A stretch of 24,000 bases of DNA from Candidatus Fervidifonticultor secundus (GTDB lineage: Bacteria; Sysuimicrobiota; Sysuimicrobiia; Sysuimicrobiales; Humicultoraceae), in NCBI GenBank assembly GCA_031459385.1, contig JAVKIP010000011.1, positions 29,666 to 53,665 of the forward strand, written 5' to 3'. The position numbers and the translations under genes were made by a program. The stretch's first letter is position 1, and each line of letters opens with the position of its first letter. Under the pieces are notes generated by a model. The model was not told the origin of the DNA and made no database searches. It worked only from the letters and a program-made list of their open reading frames with translations. This document shows, in pieces, positions 15,306-24,000 of the stretch.

Positions 15306-16523
15306 ATGGCCCGCAGCGGTCTCCGGATCACCCTGCAGGACGGCACGGTGACCACCCCGCGCGGCTTTCGCGCTGCGGGCATCCACTGTGGTATCAAGCC
15401 CGACCGGCCCGATCTGGCCCTGGTGGCGGCCGAGGCGCCTGCCGCGGCGGCCGGGGTGTTCACCACGAACAAGATGCGCTCGGCGCCCGTGATCCTGAGC
15501 GAGGCCCGCCTGCGCGCGGGCCGGGCGCAGGCGGTGGTGATCAACAGCGGCAACGCCAACGCCTGCACGGGCGCCCGCGGCGAGGCCGATGCGCGGGCCA
15601 TGACCGCGGCGGCTGCGGCGGCCCTGGGCATCGCCGAGGACCTGGTGCTGGTGGCGAGTACCGGTGTGATCGGCCGGCCGCTGCCCATCGAGGCGATCAC
15701 GGCGGCGATGCCGCGCCTGACGGGCGCCCTGGGCGCCGACGGCCTGGCGGCGGCCCGGGCGATCATGACCACCGACGCCTTCCCCAAGACCGCAGCGGCC
15801 GCGGTGGCGCTGGGCGACGGCACCGTGCACATCGGCGGCATCGCCAAGGGCGCGGGGATGATCCATCCTGACATGGCCACCATGATCGCCGTGCTGACGA
15901 CCGACGCCGCGGTGGCGCCGGAGCTGCTGCGCCGCGGCCTGCGCGCCGTGGTGGACCGCACCTTCAACTGCATCAGCGTCGATGGCGATACCAGCACCTC
16001 GGACAGCGTCTTCCTGCTGGCCAGCGGGGCGGCAGACGCACGGCCGATCGAGGCGGTCGACGCGCGGTACGCGGCGTTCACCGACGGCCTGGCGGCCGTG
16101 GCGGGCCGCCTGGCGCGCCTCATCGTGCAGGACGGCGAGGGGACGACCCGGGTCGTCGAGGTCCGGGTGCGGGGAGCGCGCTCCGTCGCCGACGCCCGGC
16201 GCGTGGGCAGGGCCGTGATGACGTCCCTGCTGGTGAAGACCGCCTTCCACGGGGCCGAGCTGAACTGGGGGCGCCTGGCGGCCGCCGTCGGCCGCAGCGG
16301 CGCCGACGTCGACCCCGGCCGGCTGGCGATCGCCATCGGCGACGTGTGGGTGGTGGAGCGCGGCGTGGGCGTCCCGGAGCGCTACGACGCCGCGGCGCCG
16401 CTCCTGCAGGCGTCCGAGGTGGCCGTCACGCTGGACCTGGGGCTGGGCACCGGCGCGTTCGTCGGATGGACCAGCGACCTGGGCGAGACGTACGTGAAGA
16501 TCAACAGCGGGTACCTGACGTGA
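15306..16523 (+). CDS. argJ: Bifunctional ornithine acetyltransferase / N-acetylglutamate synthase ArgJ.
   Basis: The 405 codons start at ATG 15306 with GACGGAGG as RBS. Motifs include PRGFRAAGIHCGIK, NSGNANACTG, the self-cleavage region HPDMATMIAVLTTDA, and the C-terminal YVKINSGYLT. Confidence 0.95.
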   Translation: MARSGLRITLQDGTVTTPRGFRAAGIHCGIKPDRPDLALVAAEAPAAAAGVFTTNKMRSAPVILSEARLRAGRAQAVVINSGNANACTGARGEADARAMTAAAAAALGIAEDLVLVASTGVIGRPLPIEAITAAMPRLTGALGADGLAAARAIMTTDAFPKTAAAAVALGDGTVHIGGIAKGAGMIHPDMATMIAVLTTDAAVAPELLRRGLRAVVDRTFNCISVDGDTSTSDSVFLLASGAADARPIEAVDARYAAFTDGLAAVAGRLARLIVQDGEGTTRVVEVRVRGARSVADARRVGRAVMTSLLVKTAFHGAELNWGRLAAAVGRSGADVDPGRLAIAIGDVWVVERGVGVPERYDAAAPLLQASEVAVTLDLGLGTGAFVGWTSDLGETYVKINSGYLT

Positions 16524-17389
16524 CGCTCGTCGACCTGGCCTCCGAGGCGCGGCTGATCGCGGCCGGGGTGCGCTACGCCGCGGCCTGGCGGGGGAAGACG
16601 GTGGTCGTCAAGTACGGCGGCAGCGTCATGGACGCCGGTGCGGCCGGCACCGTCATCGAGGACCTGGTGTTGCTCAAGGCCGCGGGGATCCACCCGGTGC
16701 TGGTGCACGGCGGCGGCCCCGAGATCACGCGGATGCTGGAGCGGGTCGGCAAGCCCACGCGGTTCGTCGACGGCCTGCGCGTCACCGACGAGGAGACGAT
16801 GGAGATCGTGGAGATGGTGCTGGCGGGCCGCGCCAACAAGGCGCTGGTCACGCTCATCGGGCAGGCCGGGGGCAGCGCCGTAGGGGTGTCGGGCAAGGAC
16901 GCCGGCCTGCTCCGGGCGCGCAGGTGGGAGGGGGCTGCAGACCTCGGGCTCGTGGGCGAGGTCGTCGAGGTGCGCGCCGACCTCCTGCGTACCCTGAGCG
17001 AGGCCGGGCACATTCCCGTGGTCGCCTCCCTCGGCCTGGGCCCGGGCGGCGAGAGCCTGAACCTCAACGCCGACCACGCCGCGGCCGCCCTGGCGGCCGC
17101 CGTGGGCGCCAGCAAGCTCATCATCCTCACCGACGTGCCGGGCGTGATGCGCACGCGGGACGGGACGCCCGCGCTGATCTCCAGCCTCACGGCCGCCGAG
17201 GCCAGGGCCTTGATCGCCGACGGCACGGTATCGCGGGGGATGATCCCCAAGGTCGAGGCGTGCCTGATGACCCTGGAGCGCGGCGTGCCCAGCGCGCACA
17301 TCATCGGCACCGAGGCGCCCCATGCCCTGCTGCTGGAGCTGTTCACCGAGGAGGGCATCGGCACCATGATCACGGGAGGGGGACGATGA
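16520..17389 (+). CDS. argB: Acetylglutamate kinase.
   Basis: The 289 codons start at GTG 16520, overlapping the argJ stop (GTGA). Motifs include GKTVVVKYGGSVM, VLVHGGGPEI, NLNADHAAAALA and ILTDVPGV. Confidence 0.95.
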   Translation: MTLVDLASEARLIAAGVRYAAAWRGKTVVVKYGGSVMDAGAAGTVIEDLVLLKAAGIHPVLVHGGGPEITRMLERVGKPTRFVDGLRVTDEETMEIVEMVLAGRANKALVTLIGQAGGSAVGVSGKDAGLLRARRWEGAADLGLVGEVVEVRADLLRTLSEAGHIPVVASLGLGPGGESLNLNADHAAAALAAAVGASKLIILTDVPGVMRTRDGTPALISSLTAAEARALIADGTVSRGMIPKVEACLMTLERGVPSAHIIGTEAPHALLLELFTEEGIGTMITGGGR

Positions 17390-18597
17390 CGACCGACGAG
17401 GTGCTGGACCTGACGGGCCGCTACCTGCTGCCGACCTACCGGCGCGCGCCCGTGGCGTTCGCCTCCGGGCAGGGGGTGTGGCTGTACGACCTGGAGGGCC
17501 GGCGGTACCTGGACTTCATCGGCGGGATCGCCGTCTGTGCCCTCGGGCACAACCATCCGGCGCTGGTGGCGGCCGTGGCGGACCAGGCGGCGAGGGTGAT
17601 CCACGTCTCCAACCTGTTCCACATCGCGGAACAGGCCCGCCTGGCCCAGTGGCTGGTCGAGCACTCGGCGTTCGACCGCGTCTGGTTCTGCAACAGCGGC
17701 GCTGAGGCCAACGAGGCAGCCATCAAGCTGGCGCGCAAGTGGGGCCGGCGGGGTGAGCGCCACCGCTATGAGATCATCGTCGCCCACCAGTCGTTCCACG
17801 GCCGGACGATGGGGACCCTGGCGGCCACGATGCAGCCCAAGTACCAGGAGCCGTTCGCGCCGCTGCTGCCGGGGTTCGTGGCGGTGCCGTTCAACGATCC
17901 CGACGCGCTGGCCGGCGCGACGACCGAGCGCACCGTGGCGGTGATGCTGGAACCGGTGCAGGGCGAAAGCGGCGTCGTGCCCGCCGACCCCGCGTACCTG
18001 CAGGCCGCCCGCGAGTGGTGCACGGCCAACGATCTGCTGCTCATCCTGGACGAGGTCCAGACTGGGATGGGCCGCACGGGCACGCTCTTCGCCTACGAGC
18101 AGTACGGCATCGTTCCCGACATGATGACGCTGGCCAAGGGGCTGGGGGGCGGCGTGCCGATCGGCGCGCTGCTGGTCAGGGAGCACTGCGCCGCCCTGGG
18201 CGCCGGGGACCACGGCAGCACGTTTGGCGGCAACCCGCTGGCGTGCGCCGCAGCCCTGGCCGTGGCGCAGACGATCGTGGCCGCGCGCCTGCCGGAGCGC
18301 GCCGGGACCCTGGGCCGGTACTTCGCCGCTGGCCTGCAGCGGCTCGTGGACCGCGGGCTGGCGCGTGCGGTGCGCGGGCGCGGACTGCTGCTGGCGCTGG
18401 AACTGGGGACCGACGCCGCTCTGGTCGTCGACCGGTGCCGCGCCGAGGGGCTGCTGGCGAACGCGGTCCAGGCGCAGACGCTGCGGTTCGCGCCGCCGCT
18501 CATCGTCAGCGAGGAGGAGATCGACCAGGCGCTGGCCGTCCTGGAGCGCGTGCTGGCCGCGGTGGTCGCCGCCCCTGGGCCGGTCGGGACGACCTGA
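17386..18597 (+). CDS. argD: Acetylornithine aminotransferase (class III PLP aminotransferase).
   Basis: The 403 codons start at ATG 17386, overlapping the argB stop (ATGA), with GGGAGGGGG as RBS. Motifs include FCNSGAEANEAAIKLARK, LILDEVQTGMGRTG, DMMTLAKGLGGG (PLP lysine) and HGSTFGGNPLA. Confidence 0.9.
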   Translation: MTTDEVLDLTGRYLLPTYRRAPVAFASGQGVWLYDLEGRRYLDFIGGIAVCALGHNHPALVAAVADQAARVIHVSNLFHIAEQARLAQWLVEHSAFDRVWFCNSGAEANEAAIKLARKWGRRGERHRYEIIVAHQSFHGRTMGTLAATMQPKYQEPFAPLLPGFVAVPFNDPDALAGATTERTVAVMLEPVQGESGVVPADPAYLQAAREWCTANDLLLILDEVQTGMGRTGTLFAYEQYGIVPDMMTLAKGLGGGVPIGALLVREHCAALGAGDHGSTFGGNPLACAAALAVAQTIVAARLPERAGTLGRYFAAGLQRLVDRGLARAVRGRGLLLALELGTDAALVVDRCRAEGLLANAVQAQTLRFAPPLIVSEEEIDQALAVLERVLAAVVAAPGPVGTT

Positions 18598-18656
18598 CAG
18601 ACGGCGCGGCGCCGCGGCGGGAGGGGCCCCGGCTGGCCCCAGAGAGGAGCACGGAA

Positions 18657-19863
18657 GTGACGCAGGTGCGGAAGGTGGCGCTGGCCTACTCAGGCGGGCT
18701 CGACACGTCGGTGGCGATTCCCTGGTTGCGCGAGACCTACGGCTGCGAGGTCATCGCCGTCATCGTCGATGTCGGCCAGGGCGAAGACCTGGAGGCGACC
18801 CGGGCCAAAGCGGTCGCCTCGGGCGCCGCAGCGGCGCACGTCATCGACGTGCGCCGCACGTTCGTCACCGACTTCATCGTGCCCATGGTGCAGGCCGGTG
18901 CGGTCTACGAGGGCCGCTATCTGCTCGGCACGGCGCTCGCCCGGCCGCTCATCGCCAAGACGCAGGTCGAGGTGGCGCTGGCCGAGGGGTGTGACGCCCT
19001 GGCCCACGGGTGCACGGGGAAGGGCAACGATCAGGTCCGGTTCGAGCTGGCGTACCAGGCGCTGGCGCCGGGTCTGAAGGTCATCGCGCCGTGGCGGGAG
19101 TGGCCGATCCGCTCGCGCGAGCAGGCCATGGCCTACGCCGAACGGTACGGCATTCCGGTGCCGGCCAGCCGGGAGAAGCCCTACAGCGTCGACCGGAACC
19201 TCTGGCACTGCAGCAGCGAGGCCGGCATCCTGGAGGACATCTGGGCCGAGCCGCCGGCGGACCTGTACCAGTACACGGCCGACCCGTGCACCGCGCCCGC
19301 CGAGCCCGAGTACGTCGAGATCGACTTCGAGGAGGGGCGCCCGGTGGGCCTGAACGGCCAGCGCACCGATGCGCTGGCCCTGATGGAGCGGCTCAACGCG
19401 CTGGGCGGCCGCCACGGCGTCGGCCGGGTGGACATGGTGGAGAACCGGCTGGTAGGGATGAAGACGCGGGGAGTCTACGAGACCCCCGGCGGCACCGTCC
19501 TGATGGCGGCGCACCGCGACCTGGAGGCGATCACGGTGGAGCGCGAGTGCGCCCACTTCAAGCTCCAGATCGCTCATCGCTACGCCGAGCTGATCTACTA
19601 CGGCCAGTGGTTCTCACCGCTGCGCCAGGCGCTGGACGCGTTCGTGGGGGCCACGCAGCGCACGGTCACGGGCACGGTGCGCCTGCGTCTCTACCGCGGC
19701 ACCGCGCTGCCGGTGGGCCGGCGCTCGCCCGTGTCGCTGTACAACCCCGCGCTGGCCACGTTCGAGGCGGACGATGTCTACGACCACCGGGACGCGGGCG
19801 CGTTCATCCGGCTGTTCGGGCTGCCCACGCGCGTCTTCGCCCAGGTCAACCCGCATCTGATCC

Positions 19864-19889
<26 letters not shown>
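18657..19889 (+). CDS. argG: Argininosuccinate synthase.
   Basis: The 410 codons start at GTG 18657 with GAGGAG upstream. Motifs include KVALAYSGGLDTSV (ATP pyrophosphatase P-loop), HGCTGKGNDQVRFE, VENRLVGMKTRGVYETP and others. Confidence 0.96.
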
Positions 19890-21351
<1,462 letters not shown>

Positions 21352-21356
21352 GCGCC

Positions 21357-21809
21357 GTGCACCGGCGCGCGCAGCGCATCTTCGAGATCATCGCCCGCAC
21401 GCCGATCGCGACCCAGGAGGAACTGGTGCGGGCGCTGCGCGCCCGCGGGATTCGCGTGACCCAGGCCACGGTGTCACGGGACATCAAGCGGCTGGGGCTG
21501 GTGAAGGTCCCCACGGGCGATGGCTCCTACCGCTACGCGGCGCCCGGGGCGACACCGCCGCCGGGCGAGGAGGTGCGGCGCAGGCTCCAGCGGGCCTTCG
21601 CCGACTACGTCACGGCGGTCGAGGAGGGCAGTGGGCTGGTGCTGGTCAAGACGGCCGACGGCAGCGCCGGCCCGGTAGCCGAGGCCATCGACGACGCGGC
21701 GTGGCCCGAGGTCGCCGGCACTGTCGCTGGCGACAACACCATCATCGTCGTCCCCCGCCTGGCCCGCCACCGGGCCGTCGTCCTGCGGCGGCTCCGCAGC
21801 CTGCTCTAG
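21357..21809 (+). CDS. argR: Arginine repressor ArgR/AhrC.
   Basis: The 150 codons start at GTG 21357, 5 nt after the argH stop. RIFEIIARTPIATQEELVRALRARGIRVTQATVSRDIKRLGLVKVPTGDGSYRY matches the AhrC winged-helix region almost residue for residue. The C-terminal oligomerisation domain ends RLRSLL. Confidence 0.93.
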   Translation: MHRRAQRIFEIIARTPIATQEELVRALRARGIRVTQATVSRDIKRLGLVKVPTGDGSYRYAAPGATPPPGEEVRRRLQRAFADYVTAVEEGSGLVLVKTADGSAGPVAEAIDDAAWPEVAGTVAGDNTIIVVPRLARHRAVVLRRLRSLL

Positions 21810-21903
21810 CCTCCCGCCGACGCCCGGCTCCGCGGTCCGGCCACGCCTCGGGCAGAGGATGGGTCACGCCCCCGCCGAAGGGTATAGAGATCGGGGGAAC
21901 CGC

Positions 21904-22887
21904 GTGAGAGAACCCGCGTCCCAGCAGGCGACGGTCCAGTTGCCCTCCGGGCCGGCGGCCGTGGCCGTTCTCGGCCAGCAGGACCTGCTGCTGGCCATGG
22001 TGGAGGAGGAGGTGGGAGCTTCGGTTCACGTCCGCGGTGACACCCTGGTCATCCGCGGGACCGCCGCCCAGGTCGACCGGGCGACGCGCGTCTTCGAGGA
22101 ACTCATCGGCCTGGCTGCCGCCGGCCATACGCTGACGCCTGCGGACCTGCGCCGCCTGCTGCGCGCCGATGCGCCGGCTACGGCCGTGCGCGCGGCTGGA
22201 GACGTGCTGTTACAGACGCCCAGCGGCAAGCCGATCGCCCCGCGCACTCCTGGCCAGGCAGCGTATGTCGACGCGATCCGCTCCCACGATCTGACGTTCG
22301 CGATCGGGCCGGCTGGCACGGGCAAGACCTACCTGGCCGTGGCCATGGCCGTGGTGGCGCTGCGCGCCCGCGCCGTCCAGCGCATCGTCCTGACCCGGCC
22401 GGCCGTGGAAGCGGGCGAGCGGCTGGGGTTCCTGCCAGGGGACATCGCGGCCAAGGTGGACCCCTACCTGCGGCCGCTGTACGACGCGCTGTACGAGATG
22501 CTGGGGCCCGAGCGGTTCACCCGGCTGTCGGAGCGGGGCGTCATCGAGGTCGTGCCGCTGGCGTTCATGCGGGGCCGGACCCTGAACGACGCGTTCATCA
22601 TCCTCGACGAGGCGCAGAATACGACCCACGAGCAGATGAAGATGTTCCTGACGCGCATGGGGTTCGGGTCGCGGGCGGTGGTCACCGGCGATATCACGCA
22701 GATCGACCTGCCCCGCGACCGGGTCTCGGGGCTGGTCGAAGCCCGCGAGATCTTCCGTGGCCTGGAGGGCATCGCGTTCGTGGAGCTGCGCGAAAGCGAC
22801 GTCGTGCGCCACGAGCTGGTCCAGACCATCGTGCGCGCCTACGAGCGCTACGAGATGACGCGGGGGTCTGGCGGAGGTTCTGCCTGA
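21904..22887 (+). CDS. phoH: PhoH-like ATPase.
   Basis: The Walker A motif is [19 protein letters not shown]. Other matches are [40 protein letters not shown] and [12 protein letters not shown]. The track ORF begins at ATG 21859. I prefer GTG 21904, which is preceded by GGGGGA, but either start is possible. Confidence 0.9.
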   Translation: MREPASQQATVQLPSGPAAVAVLGQQDLLLAMVEEEVGASVHVRGDTLVIRGTAAQVDRATRVFEELIGLAAAGHTLTPADLRRLLRADAPATAVRAAGDVLLQTPSGKPIAPRTPGQAAYVDAIRSHDLTFAIGPAGTGKTYLAVAMAVVALRARAVQRIVLTRPAVEAGERLGFLPGDIAAKVDPYLRPLYDALYEMLGPERFTRLSERGVIEVVPLAFMRGRTLNDAFIILDEAQNTTHEQMKMFLTRMGFGSRAVVTGDITQIDLPRDRVSGLVEAREIFRGLEGIAFVELRESDVVRHELVQTIVRAYERYEMTRGSGGGSA

Positions 22888-24000
22888 TGGCCCGCAGCGC
22901 CCCGCGGGCTGTGGCCGGCCCGCGCCGCCTGGCGTGGGCGCGCCGCGTGGGGATCGGCCTCGGCACACTCGTGGGGCTCGTGGCCATCATCGGCGTGGAC
23001 TACCTTCCGCCCCGGCTGGACCTCCAGCCCGGCCAGCCGAGCCCGCGCGACATCCGGGCGCCCCGCACCGTCGAGTTCGAAGACGACGTCCGGACCGAGG
23101 CGCTGCGGGCCGAGGCGATGCGCGCGGTGCCGCCGGTCCTGCGGCACGTGCCCACCGAGGTGGCCGCGGCACGCCAGGCCGTGGCCCGGGCGTTTGCGGC
23201 CGTTCTGGATGTACGTGCGCGCAGCCGCTTCGCGTCGGTCGTCGCCGGGATGGCGGCGATGCGGGCCGCGGCGGCACTTCCCCTCTCCGATGTCGCGGCC
23301 CGCGCCGCAGCCACGGCGCCGCGCACCCAGCTGGCGCGAGCGGCGAAGGTCGCCGAGGCCGCGGTGGACCAGGCCCTGGCTGCCGGCGTCCGGGTCGAGG
23401 ATCTGACCATGGCCCGCGAGCGTGCCCGGCAGGCGGTGCGCGATGGCGGCCTGCCGGTCGACCTGCGGGCCCTGGCCGCGGAGGTCGCCGCCGCGGCGGT
23501 GCGCCCGACCATGGAGGTGGACCAGGGCAGGACTGCGGCGGCGCGCCTGGCTGCCGCGAGTGCCGTCCCGCCGGTTCGCGTCCGGCTCGAGCGCGGGCAG
23601 ATCATCGTGCGCGACGGCGACGTCGTGACGCCCGCGCACCTGCGCATGCTGGCTGCGGCCGGGCTCTACCCGCCGCGCGTGAGCTGGGCGGGGGTGGGCG
23701 GGGTGGCGGTCGTCGCGGCCCTGGTCCTGGTCGCGACCGGCGCGTACCTGTGGCAGTACCAGCCGGAGATCTGGACCAGCGAGCGCTTGCTCGTGGTTTG
23801 GAGCCTGATCGTCCTCCTCACCGTGTTCCTGAGCCAGGCGCTGGGCGCGCCGCGCTTCAGCAACTTCCTGGCGCCGTCGGCCATGGGTGCCATGCTGCTG
23901 GGCATTCTGCTCCGACGCCGGCTGGCACTCTTCTCGTCCGCCACGGTCGCGGTGCTGGTGGGGCTGGCCTCCCAGCGCGACCTGGCGTCCGCCGTCGTTG
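22887..24000 (+). CDS. pgpH: Partial 7TM receptor with HD hydrolase domain (YqfF/PgpH family). Only the N-terminal extracytoplasmic domain and the first TM helices are in the window.
   Basis: This ORF is absent from the track because it runs off the right edge. ATG 22887 overlaps the phoH stop (TGATG), with GGAGG at 22874-22878. My translation is [44 protein letters not shown]...AVRPTMEVDQGRTAAARLAAASAVPPVRVRLERGQIIVRDGDVVTPAHLRMLAAAGL..., followed by hydrophobic helices. This is the 7TMR-HDED pattern. The position after phoH matches Bacillota synteny. The HD domain itself is not visible. Confidence 0.75.
   Translation, partial: MARSAPRAVAGPRRLAWARRVGIGLGTLVGLVAIIGVDYLPPRLDLQPGQPSPRDIRAPRTVEFEDDVRTEALRAEAMRAVPPVLRHVPTEVAAARQAVARAFAAVLDVRARSRFASVVAGMAAMRAAAALPLSDVAARAAATAPRTQLARAAKVAEAAVDQALAAGVRVEDLTMARERARQAVRDGGLPVDLRALAAEVAAAAVRPTMEVDQGRTAAARLAAASAVPPVRVRLERGQIIVRDGDVVTPAHLRMLAAAGLYPPRVSWAGVGGVAVVAALVLVATGAYLWQYQPEIWTSERLLVVWSLIVLLTVFLSQALGAPRFSNFLAPSAMGAMLLGILLRRRLALFSSATVAVLVGLASQRDLASAVV

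Noticed and set aside
14322-18597. N-terminally extended track ORFs at 14322..16523, 16346..17389, 16924..18597 and 18015..19889.
   Set aside because: Homology begins at the internal starts 15306 (argJ), 16520 (argB), 17386 (argD) and 18657 (argG). These starts have RBS sequences or stop/start coupling, and the upstream parts are shadows of the preceding gene.
18618-18645. A small GC hairpin (GGGGCC ... GGCCCC) in the argD-argG spacer, considered as an internal terminator.
   Set aside because: It has only a 6-bp stem and no T tract, and it lies directly in front of the argG RBS. It is more likely incidental GC-rich self-complementarity.
21860-21888. A possible phoH promoter with TATAGA at 21883-21888.
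   Set aside because: The best -35 at the correct spacing (TGGGTC, 21860-21865) is poor. phoH may be read through from argR. The support is insufficient for a feature call.

Overview
This is a very GC-rich bacterial chromosomal segment (roughly 70% GC or more by eye, not computed). It is almost entirely coding and consists of housekeeping genes. I can support 21 protein genes; all but two (the left-edge sensor and rpsT) are on the + strand.

Gene order, left to right:
- A partial minus-strand membrane sensor with a Cache-like domain, running off the left edge.
- A six-bladed NHL-repeat beta-propeller followed by an AroM-family protein.
- A Thr-specific T-box riboswitch followed by thrS.
- comEC, holA, rpsT (-) and murJ.
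- A perfect CIRCE operator followed by hrcA, dnaJ, prmA and rsmE.
- An arginine operon, argC-argJ-argB-argD-argG-argH-argR.
- phoH and the first part of a 7TM-HD (PgpH/YqfF-like) protein, running off the right edge.

The backbone is colinear with the conserved Bacillota block known from Bacillus subtilis (comEC-holA-rpsT ... hrcA-grpE-dnaK-dnaJ-prmA-rsmE ... phoH-yqfF-ybeY). This suggests a high-GC Bacillota-like lineage, which is an inference.

I saw no rRNA, tRNA, CRISPR array, transposase, integrase or defence-type genes, and I found no convincing novel multi-gene system. What deserves a second look is mostly regulatory or architectural:
- A 39-bp AT-rich island carries two tandem ARG boxes fused to a promoter and implies a nearly leaderless argC mRNA.
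- argR sits at the end of the operon it should repress, and two positions that are co-repressor-pocket residues in characterised ArgR proteins are substituted.
- hrcA abuts dnaJ with grpE-dnaK missing.
- The thrS T-box appears to have a compact Stem I.
- The NHL/AroM gene pair has no known function.
- The left-edge sensor gene has no canonical start codon upstream of its membrane helix.

Many long ORFs in the supplied track are GC-driven shadow frames and are rejected below.
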